Shown here one piece after another: positions 25,204 to 35,498 of a stretch of DNA of 64,000 nt (position 1 is the stretch's first letter; the number at the start of each line of letters is the position of its first letter). The position numbers were made by a program, and so were the translations under genes. The DNA is from Basidiobolus meristosporus CBS 931.73 (taxonomy: Eukaryota > Fungi > Basidiobolomycota): positions 1 to 64,000 of the forward strand of contig MCFE01000100.1 of assembly GCA_002104905.1 (NCBI GenBank), written 5' to 3'. Below the pieces are notes generated by a model that did not search any database, was not told the origin of the DNA, and saw only the letters and a list, made by a program, of their open reading frames with translations.

Positions 25204-25395
25204 CCCACTTCTGGGATTGAGATCACTTAGATCTCATGATAGTGACTTACGTGTCCAACACACAGTACCTGGAAATGCGGTTGATTCGCCGCGGATACTG
25301 ACATAGCAGTGAATTGTAACCATGGAGATTGTGAAGTTCAACAAGTATTGGTTCAAGTGTGATTCCACAATCAAGTTCTCATCTTAACAGTGTGA

Positions 25396-27741
25396 TTACG
25401 ATTGTTCAAATATAGGCTTTTGATTGATCATTAATAACTCATTGTATAATTCGTGACTATACTTGACTTCAGTCCCAAAATTGGTATGATTAACTTGGAT
25501 ATATCGTTTCAGACAACAAACAATAGGGTCGATTCTCCTAGTCGAGGGCAGCAGGTAAACTAATCTATAGCGCTTATTGTCTTGTCCGAGGCCGAGAGCT
25601 TCGGCAAAGTTGAAGAAGATCTCGGTGTTGTCCATCACGCGACCGAAAAGATGAGCTCCTGGCCCACTCGCAAACACTGGCACATCTTGTAGCGAGTGAA
25701 CTCCCTGTGATTCACTAACGGGCAAGTTGCCAGTACGGTGAAGTGCGCCTTCCGCCTCATCGGGGTTGGCAATGTAGCTATCGTAGGCTGGCTTGTGTGA
25801 GTGAGTGCCCTTGTCAAGGATGGCTGGGTTCTTGACCCTGGTGGTGTTCAGCTGGAACGTCTCGTGATAGTTGGGGAAGTTGACAGTGCCAGCAGCCAGG
25901 GTGACTCGAGGGGTCCAGTTGTCAGGGAAGCCGTCACCATCCTCATCCTTGTACCCGGGCCAACCAGCAGTCTCGTAGATCCCAATGGCCCCACGCTTCT
26001 CGATCTGAGTGCCAGACTCGTCATTGTCAGGGGCGGCATTGAAGAACTCGGTGTCAACTGTGCCATACACATCGAATCCATGTCCGTGATCAGCAGTGAC
26101 CACGACAAGGGTGTCAGGGTCGTTCTTCTTGACCCACTCGAGGGCTGCCTTCACTGCATTGTCGAGTTCCAGGAGATCAGCAAGACCACGATGGAAGTCC
26201 AATGGGTGCATCATCTTGTCGATGCTAGCTGCCTCGATCATGGCGAAGAACCCGCCATTGCCACCTCGCTTCTTCAAGGTGTTCAGTGCGGTGATGGTCA
26301 TATCGACCAAGTTGGGCTGGTCAAGAGCGTCACTTCCATCGCCAAGAGGCGAGCTCTTCTTGCCCTTGAGGTTGTCCTTGTAGACATTACGATCAAGCCA
26401 CACATCCATGTTGCCCTTGTGGAAGATGCCCAACAATGGATCTTTGTTGTTGTGCTTCAGGAGATCGGTCTTGCTGTGGACCACGTTGTAGCCGCCTTCC
26501 TTGCGGAAGATATCATAGTAGTTGGTCTTGTTGAGTGACTTTCCTGGAAGGAAGTACGAGCCACCACCACCAAGCAGGACATCAGGACGCACAGGGACCG
26601 AGAAGTTCTTCACTCCGTGGATGAAGAAGTCGGTGATCTCAGCCTTGGTTCCTCTGCGACGAGTGTGGCTGACCACGGCTGCCGGGGTGGCATCCTGCAC
26701 CTCAGCAGTGGTCACGACACCGATCGCTGCCGGTCCTCCTTGCTTCTTCTCTCTGCGACGCAACAACTCGGCCAAGAGCTCTTGCTTGGGATCATCGAAT
26801 GGATCATCCGAGGTATCGGCATACACCCCGAGGCCATTCACCGACGACTTGTGACCAGTGTTGTAAGCTGAGGCACTGTTGGCAGAGTCGGTGATCAAGG
26901 CATCCAATCCGCATGGAATGACGTGGCCCATCTCCTCCATTCTGTCCATCTGCATCCACTTCTGGTACTTTCCGTTGACATTCTTGCGTGAGATCACTCT
27001 GGCCGCACTGATCATGGGGGTGGTCATACCATCACCAATGAAGAATATCGCATTCTTGGCAATGCGCTTCTTGAACTGGCTCTTGCGGACCTTCCACAGT
27101 GCCTCCGTCTTCTCCCCGTTGTTATACTTGACGGTGACCTTGAAGTCGCCAGAGTGACGGAAAGAAGCTCTGCGCCACACCTTGGACACCACATTCACCG
27201 GGGTAGAGGCCGAGCTGACCCCTCCGTTGTGAGTGTGGTCCGCGTTCTCCACTGCCCCTCCTTGGCCCTTCCAGAAGTGTGCGGCATCCTGGAAGTATGT
27301 GAAGTTCCACGACTCCAGAGGGGCTGGCTCCAGTCGGAGATACTGCTCTAACGGGACTGGCTTGGACTCCTGAATGACCTTGCCATCATCATTCAGATGA
27401 ACCTTGGCAATGCTGATCTCGAAGTTGGGGTTAGGCTTGCCAGCAACTCCTCCGGGGGCTTTGGCCTCCTCGTGGATCTCCACTCTGACATCGAACTTGG
27501 CACCCAAGAGCATTTCAGCACTGTATCAGAGTGAGTGGCGGTTAGTGTATCTACTCCACATACCGGTAGAAACTGGTGTCTTGGCAACCAGTAATGGATT
27601 GAATGGTACATACCTTGTAGGGGGAAGGATACAAGCCTTATCGGGACAACCTGGGAATCGGGTGAACTGATCGGCAACGACACTAGTGCTCAAGGCACTC
27701 AGAGTAGCCAACAAGGCAACCGCTTTCAATCCTGTGAGCAT
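25396..27741 (-). CDS. Secreted alkaline phosphatase, array copy AP4, with 59-aa C-terminal read-through extension
   Basis: ATG 27741; nearly identical to AP3. The normal stop position is out of frame (TAA at 25576-25574), so the ORF runs to 25396. Confidence 0.94.
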
Positions 27742-28045
27742 GTCGTTGAGGAGCTAGTTGTTTATTCGCGAGGAATATTGCTACTGCCCACTTCGAGTGC
27801 GGGTTCTTATACCGACATCAAGTTCAAGCCAACGAACGACAGTGCGACTTACCAGCATGTGGTTCTACAAGAAATATATCTGTTGAACATTCGCAACAGC
27901 CCTGATCCAGTGAAGAGTCACTTCAACTCGAGATATCGGATGCCTAATAAGGTTATGGGTGATATACACCACCTGTATCACCAAGTTCCTTTCGTGGTCA
28001 CACTTGATCAACCCAGCGATGCCGAATCACATCACGGCATCCCTT

Positions 28046-28051
28046 CACGTT
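28046..28051. promoter_or_regulatory. CACGTT box upstream of AP4
   Basis: Sits in the block CCTTCACGTTCCC..TTCTGGGATTG, conserved with the AP3 promoter although the surrounding sequence has diverged. Confidence 0.55.
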
Positions 28052-28347
28052 CCCGTTTCTGGGATTGTGGCTCCCACTTGATTGATGATAGGTGTTACGT
28101 GGTCCAGCTCACATCCTGAATGAATGTAGCCGACTGACATCAGAATTGTTGACTGTCATGTGTGGGAATTGACATTTTGGTCGCCACTTGGAATTTCTCC
28201 ATGGATGTGACCTGTGGCCAAAAGTATTGGTGCTTTTGATGTGTTTGAAATGTTTATTCGTGGATTAATTAGTGATCACCGACTTTTGGGGTATGATGGT
28301 TGCTATTATGCTTAATGAAAATTGGGTTCGATTCTATCAAATGCTAT

Positions 28348-30516
28348 CTATTCGTCCTGCCCGAGACCGAGAGCTTCGGCAAAGTTGAAGAAGATCTCGG
28401 TGTTGTCCATCACGCGACCGAAAAGATGAGCTCCTGGTCCACTCGCAAACACTGGCACATCTTGTAGCGAGTGAACTCCCTGTGATTCACTAACGGGCAA
28501 GTTGCCAGTACGGTGAAGTGCGCCTTCCGCCTCATCGGGGTTGGCAATGTAGCTATCGTAGGCTGGCTTGTGTGAGTGAGTGCCCTTGTCAAGGATGGCT
28601 GGGTTCTTGACCCTGGTGGTGTTCAGCTGGAACGTCTCGTGATAGTTGGGGAAGTTGACAGTGCCAGCAGCCAGGGTGACTCGAGGGGTCCAGTTGTCAG
28701 GGAAGCCGTCACCATCCTCATCCTTGTACCCGGGCCAACCAGCAGTCTCGTAGATTCCAATGGCCCCACGCTTCTCGATCTGAGTGCCAGACTCGTCATT
28801 GTCAGGGGCGGCATTGAAGAACTCGGTGTCAACTGTGCCATACACATCGAATCCATGCCCATGATCAGCAGTGACCACGACAAGGGTGTCAGGGTCGTTC
28901 TTCTTGACCCACTCGAGGGCTGCCTTCACTGCATTGTCGAGTTCCAGGAGATCGGCAAGACCACGATGGAAGTCCAATGGGTGCATCATCTTGTCGATGC
29001 TGGCTGCCTCGATCATGGCGAAGAACCCACCATTGCCACCTCGCTTCTTCAAGGTGTTCAGTGCAGTGATGGTCATATCGACCAAGTTGGGCTGGTCAAG
29101 AGCGTCACTTCCATCGCCAAGAGGCGAGCTCTTCTTGCCCTTGAGGTTGTCCTTGTAGACATTACGATCAAGCCACACATCCATGTTGCCCTTGTGGAAG
29201 ATGCCCAACAACGGATCTTTGTTGTTGTGCTTCAGGAGATCGGTCTTGCTGTGGACCACGTTGTAGCCGCCTTCCTTGCGGAAGATGTCATAGTAGTTGG
29301 CCTTGTTGAGTGACTTTCCTGGAAGGAAGTACGAGCCACCACCACCAAGCAGGACATCAGGACGCACAGGGACCGAGAAGTTCTTCACTCCGTGGATGAA
29401 GAAGTCGGTGATCTCAGCCTTGGTTCCTCTGCGACGAGTGTGGCTGACCACGGCTGCCGGGGTGGCATCCTGCACCTCAGCAGTGGTCACGACACCGATC
29501 GCTGCCGGTCCTCCTTGCTTCTTCTCTCTGCGACGCAACAACTCGGCCAAGAGCTCTTGCTTGGGATCATCAAATGGATCATCCGAGGTATCGGCATACA
29601 CCCCGAGGCCATTCACCGACGACTTGTGACCAGTGTTGTAAGCTGAGGCACTGTTGGCAGAGTCGGTGATCAAGGCATCCAATCCACATGGAATGACGTG
29701 GCCCATCTCCTCCATTCTGTCCATCTGCATCCACTTCTGGTACTTTCCGTTGACATTCTTGCGTGAGATCACTCTGGCCGCACTGATCATGGGGGTGGTC
29801 ATACCATCACCAATGAAGAATATCGCATTCTTTGCGATGCGCTTCTTGAACTGGCTCTTGCGGACCTTCCACAGTGCCTCCGTCTTCTCCCCGTTGTTAT
29901 ACTTGACGGTGACCTTGAAGTCGCCAGAGTGACGGAAGGAAGCTCTGCGCCACACCTTGGACACCACATTCACCGGGGTAGAGGCCGAGCTGACCCCTCC
30001 GTTGTGAGTGTGGTCCGCGTTCTCCACTGCCCCTCCTTGGCCCTTCCAGAAGTGTGCGGCATCCTGGAAGTATGTGAAGTTCCACGACTCCAGAGGGGCT
30101 GGCTCCAGTCGGAGATACTGCTCTAACGGGACTGGCTTGGACTCCTGAATGACCTTGCCATCATCATTCAGATGAACCTTGGCAATGCTGATCTCGAAGT
30201 TGGGGTTAGGCTTGCCAGCAACTCCTCCGGGGGCTTTGGCCTCCTCGTGGATCTCCACTCTGACATCGAACTTGGCGCCCAAGAGCATTTCAGCACTGTA
30301 TCAGAGTGAGTGGCGGTTAGTGTATCTACTCCACACACCGGTAGAAACTGGTGTCTTGGGAACCAGTAATGGATTGAATGGTACATACCTTGTGGGTGGA
30401 AGGATACAAGCCTTATCGGGACAACCTGGGAATCGGGTGAACTGATCGGCGACCGCATTCATGCTGAGAGCGCTCAAAGCGGCCACCAAGCTCAATGCCC
30501 TAGATTTGAAGTACAT
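28348..30516 (-). CDS. Secreted alkaline phosphatase, array copy AP5
   Basis: ATG 30516 with a distinct signal peptide (MYFKSRALSLVAALSALSMNAVADQF); mature region and intron nearly identical to AP3 and AP4. Confidence 0.96.
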
Positions 30517-30782
30517 CTTGAAAAGATTGGGGAATTGAATACTCTGTATGCTGATAAATAATCAGCGATAGCCCCTTTAAATATACCTGCAGATCTGCAT
30601 TGGCCTCTGATTCAGCAAGCCACAAAACCCGTGCACCACTGTCTCATGGTGTCTCTACGGCATGATGTTTTCCTCGTACAGAATGAAACAATAGTGCGCT
30701 AGATTATGATAGGATCGTACACATTGAGTGACCATTATTTTTGTAGAACCATCCAAGAGACAAATCAGCATGTACCAGGCGG

Positions 30783-30850
30783 CACGTTCATCAAGTTGCA
30801 GTACGAAATCATTTGGTATCCGAACCAATTCCCGTATCCTGGCCCACGTG
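30783..30850. promoter_or_regulatory. CACGTT and CACGTG boxes upstream of AP5
   Basis: 30783-30788 and 30845-30850. Confidence 0.55.
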
Positions 30851-31129
30851 TGGTTTTGCTGGATTTTGGGAGATGTGTACAACGGTTGAGTTATTCTCTG
30901 GCTTGGTCGGGCTGACCCAATGAGATCCGCCTGGTATATCACGGGATGTGTTACGTCGAAATGAATGTACTCTTTAAGTTAAATGGTAAACCTTGGATAG
31001 GATCTTCAGTAAAGTATTTTATAGAGGATGCTTGTGGAGCTTGTGATTTCGGGGAAGGCTGGGTGAAGATGGAATGGAGATTGTGCGCTAAATAAATATC
31101 TGTATAATCTAGGGACGTATGATTCTTCT

Positions 31130-31142
31130 GGGGGGGGGGGGG
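31130..31142 (+). repeat. G13 homopolymer
   Basis: Directly visible between the AP5 promoter and the MATE 3' end. Confidence 0.95.
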
Positions 31143-31298
31143 ACTGCTTATGTATATTACTGATCAGATTTGCCGTTCTTTAGAATAGAGGCATACGTGG
31201 GTGGAGTGTCGTGGTCCCTTTGCTTTCCATGCTTTTTTGTTTCCTGTGAATTCGCGTATTCCGCGGAGCTGGTTTCTGGAGAGGTTTCGCTCTCACTC

Positions 31299-33640
31299 TC
31301 ACTCTCGCTTTCGCTCTCGACGAATTGCTTCTTGACTGGCCTCGGCTATTTTATCCCAGTCGGCCATGAATACGCCAACTATGGATTGTCCGAGTGTCAA
31401 TATAACGAGCGCCGCGCATAAGGCTAACCAGAGTCCCTTTAGTCCCATATGGAAGGTAAATGCCAGAACTCCACCAAGCGGCACGGCAATGACGTAATAT
31501 CCCATCAGGTTGAAAAATGCTCCGATAGACGGGCGGCCTTGGCCACGAAGAATACCACCGGCGATGCTACCAACAACATCGCACATCTAAATTCAAGGGG
31601 GTGGAGTTAGAGAGGCGTCGTGATCCGGAATCACATGGTTGGCTATCTTACCTGGCAAGCGGCAAGGATTGGTGTGATCACAGCGACCAGCTTGATAACA
31701 TCGCTGTCGTTAATAAATATGTAGGCCCATTGATTTCTGAAGACGATAAGCAAGACGGCGTTGTATAATCCCATCACTAGACTTATATATGTGGCAGCGT
31801 ATGCAGCACGTTTGGCATGCAGCGGTAAATTTCCCCCAAGATAGTGGCCAACGCGAATACTAGCCGCAACTCCCCAACCTAGAAACGAAATGGATGATCG
31901 ACGGTGGGTAAGTGACTCGCATTATATACAGTAGTGCGATTACAAGCAACTTACCGAGGGTAATTTGGTATAAGCATGCATCAGTGGTAACAAGTACTGA
32001 CTGTGCAGCGAGGGCAGTAATTCCGAAGAATGTAGTCGCTAAGGTAACCAACTCCCAAGCACAAAACTCGGCGGAAATAACTATCACACTGGGGACGGCT
32101 AGATAATTGATGGATCCAAATGAGCATGGGATCTAAGGCAATTTAAAGTGCCGCCGAAAACACCACTTTACCTAATCGAATAAACGTATCCCACTCCTCT
32201 AGACATTTATGAGACCATCCGCCCCAAGCCTCTCTGCCATTAATGTACCGGACATACCCGACGGTTAACAAAAATACAAGGGTGTAGGAGATGGAGTAGG
32301 CAATGGGGGCACCAGCAAACCCGATGGCAGTAGGCGGCCAAAGTACTAAAAGATAGGTGAGCACAAATGTGAATGGAGTTACAATGCCAAGAATAATCGT
32401 GCTAGCATTCATAATGCCTAGAGAGAGGAAAACCCATGTAAGTAAATGAACCTCCTAGAGATTCACTGAGCAAGTCGGAATTACCTTGTGCTTGCAAGAA
32501 ACGTTTGATGCTCTCGAATAGCAGGACTGGCAACATACCAGGCCAGAGCCATTTCAGATAAACCGCGGCGAGCTTGGCCAAATAGGGTTCCTGGAGCATG
32601 ACGTTGATGAAGATCCATTCAGAGTTGAACCAAACGAACCCGAGGACTCCCCACAGAGCCACCATAAACAGAATGGCGCGTTGTAAATGTACACCAACAA
32701 CAGTCACGTCGTGAGCACCAGTAAATGCCTGACTGCAAAGTGTGTCCAATGCAGTAGCCAGGCCAATTCCCGGACTTAGTGCAGTTAGCGTGGAGAACAT
32801 ACTGGCCAACGTGGCAGCGCCGAGCTCTAAAGAAATATTTGTTAACAAGTTGAACTTGGCGAATGACTCGGCAAAATATCTGGAAATTTACCCTCAGCGC
32901 CCATTCTTCCAAGGACCATTACCCCGGCCAAATTAATAACGTACTGTAGCAAATATGAGCCTACCAGAGGCATTGACATTTTAACCAATTCCACTGCCTC
33001 TTCTTTGATGGTAAGCAATGGTTGCTCTACCGAGCCATGTGACGATTCGAGGCTGGAATCCGTGGAGTGTATGCTAGCTACCCGCGTTGTACGAGAAGGT
33101 ATTGTGGGTGATTTCAGGTCCAGGGCTTTTGTGGGAACCGGTTTGGCGGGTAGAGTCAATAGTGTGTCATTTTCTTTCTGGCCAGCATTTGGCAAACGTT
33201 CGGGTTCTTCTTCAACTTTGTCTAAGGTAGCACCACCCGTGCTACCGTATCCTTTTACTTTATTAGGTTTTGTGACTGTTTCTTCGGAACTCTCGCCGAG
33301 CTGTTGATTTGTCAAGACTGGTGTCTTTTTCTTCGCTTTATTCGTATCCTCCGAGGCCAGGTGCTTGTCATGTTTGGATCGCTTTGGGATGGAATTGTCA
33401 ACTACGACTGAATCTCGACGAACTATCGGTGGAACCGCTTTTGGGTTGCTTCTTAGAGGTCGGGCAGCGGCTCTAGAAGTGGTGGTTCCCAAAGGAGGAG
33501 CCGGTGGAGGAGCTGGAGAGGATTCTCTTCTCTTCAGTGATGATTAGCTGGCCGTTTTCACCGCGTCTAGATAGTCTCCTGTTGAAATCAGGTCTTATCG
33601 GAGGAGGATTGCTGGGTTTTGAGCTGTCAGGTGTTGTCAT
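31299..33640 (-). CDS. MATE-family multidrug/toxic compound exporter; both termini uncertain
   Basis: ELVKMSMPLVGSYLLQY, GLATALDTLCSQAFTG, HLQRAILF, ESIKRFLQAQG, SAEFCAWE, VGHYLGG, GGILRGQGRP, NLMGYYVIAVP, GLKGLW; many introns. Apparent frame breaks near 33545 and 31315. Confidence 0.9.
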
Positions 33641-34102
33641 GTTTCACCTATGCAAAGCTAATGTTGAATAACCGATACTACGACTAGAAGGCTAGAGGGA
33701 ACAGAAATAGTAGAGACACTTTTGAACCTGAATCAACAGGATATTACAACAGATATATGAACGAGCAAAACGTGAAGACCAAGACGGGAAATCGATCCGT
33801 CATTCTTTCCACCAATGAGCAACCTCGAGCGGATGAGAAATCATGAACCATTGAAAATTTTCTATTATGTTCGATATCAAACATGAATAAAATGCGCGGA
33901 TTCTAGATGGGCGGAGAAAGCAATTTCTTTCGATAGGAAATATTAATCTCATCCATGGAAATAAACAATTCGTGTTTGTGACCAAAGGTGTAACATTGTC
34001 GGTAATGGTGACGACATCCGATACTGGTTGTCCGACTCAGCTGTGATGGTTCTTGCCCCTAGGCTTTTGCCAGCCTTGCCACCACGCCCCTAGTACCTTA
34101 TA

Positions 34103-34158
34103 TATACACATCTGTATACACACCTATATACACACCTAATATACACACCTATATACAC
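34103..34158 (+). repeat. 12-bp tandem repeat (TATACACACCTA) x about 4.5
   Basis: Directly visible in the divergent MATE / 34578 intergenic region. Confidence 0.85.
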
Positions 34159-34577
34159 TCAGCACTTCCGGTTTTTGGCACGGAGGGAGATAGAGTGGCC
34201 TGAAACCAGGATTGGGGAAAAGGCAGAGGACCTTACTAAATCCAGCGCCATGCATGGAGGCAACCCAGTTCGTATGCTCTCAATCGACTACCTCTTACTG
34301 ATCAGTTAGATCATGCGCTACATTAACTGCAGCCATCGGCTACGAGATCTTCAGGTCTTGCAATTACAATCCCTCGTTTATTTATCGGCAATATATCGAA
34401 TGCACCAACGTACCATCTCAGCATATATTTGCCTGGCAAGCCATCCTTAGCCCCCTAATCCCGGTGTCTTCCACTATTTAAGATTCCTTCCCCTGTCCTT
34501 CTCGATGAAATATACCCTAACGTGCTTCCTGGACTTGCCCATTCTTACTCCCCCTCTATTGATAAACTGCTGTAACG

Positions 34578-35324
34578 ATGGCCGCGGAAAAACTCCAACT
34601 AAAACTTAATGATCTAGCCCCACCTAGCTATCACAGCCTTTTCCCCGAAGATTATGCAGAAACCCGTTCCTCGGATGATAAATTTCCCGTCGGCAGTGTG
34701 ATTGCTACCATAGATCGGATGGACGCACACTTCCCCAGGTACCAGGATCAGTGCGCAACTTTGAGCAAGAATCAGAAGATAAGGTTGAGCGCAGCGGCCC
34801 TTGCCAAAGACATCAACCGGCTGTCACGTGGACAGTACACCAACCAGCGAGCTGTACCCAGCAGCCAGATACTGATCCAAAGGATCTCCCAGTGTAATCA
34901 ACGAGATTTTGCCAAGCAACGCTTCACAATGACTGAATATCAGCAAAAAAACCTTGACCTCGCCAGGGTAAACAAGCTGATCCACAGGATGGAGGGGTCT
35001 CGCTTAAAGAACCAAGTAAGTTGTACCCGATGCATCATCGGTGACGTTGAAACAGGGCTAATGATTACTTCCGAGCAGGAATGGAAGTGTCGGTCACAGG
35101 TGCGTGAGGAGGAGCTGCAACAATTGTGTGAGCATTTAAACGTAGCCGAGGACGCACCCCTGCGCCTACAACGGCATCCTCTTTCAGCGCATCAGCAACG
35201 CAGCATGTTTATTCGCGAGATGTTGGGGAAAATCGACAAGCTTGAGGGATACCGGATGCAAGATCAGGACGCAGAGTTGCTAACCATCCGCAAGGAAGAG
35301 GATCTGATGGATCTCCGCTGCTGA
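34578..35324 (+). CDS. Uncharacterised helical repeat protein (about 227 aa after splicing) with PPSY motif and six I-x-R-[LM]..R-[LM]-x-[DN]-Q-like repeats
   Basis: Open frame with a probable in-frame 63-nt intron (GTAAGT 35016 .. CTAAT .. CAG 35078); repeated motif visible in translation. Confidence 0.8.
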   Translation: MAAEKLQLKLNDLAPPSYHSLFPEDYAETRSSDDKFPVGSVIATIDRMDAHFPRYQDQCATLSKNQKIRLSAAALAKDINRLSRGQYTNQRAVPSSQILIQRISQCNQRDFAKQRFTMTEYQQKNLDLARVNKLIHRMEGSRLKNQVSCTRCIIGDVETGLMITSEQEWKCRSQVREEELQQLCEHLNVAEDAPLRLQRHPLSAHQQRSMFIREMLGKIDKLEGYRMQDQDAELLTIRKEEDLMDLRC

Positions 35325-35498
35325 TTTTAGCTGAGCTAAAACAAGACATGTATAATTGGCTATTTAAGATACATTCAATTCAATGCACATCTCGTAGTAA
35401 ATCAATGAAAAATGTACATGTTGGTGCTGAACCTATACTTAACCATAAAGCACATGATTCCTCAAAATTGGGTGGCCTTTATTGAACTTTGCTAAGGA

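Noticed and set aside
17323-30126. Recurrent plus-strand ORFs (245, 110, 95, 84 aa) antisense to each phosphatase copy
   Set aside because: They mirror the sense frame of genes with strong codon bias and repeat only because the genes repeat; no domain motifs.
17095-30516. CRISPR-like or other prokaryotic repeat array
   Set aside because: The repeats are whole intron-containing genes of about 2.1 kb; no short repeat-spacer array or cas gene anywhere in the window.
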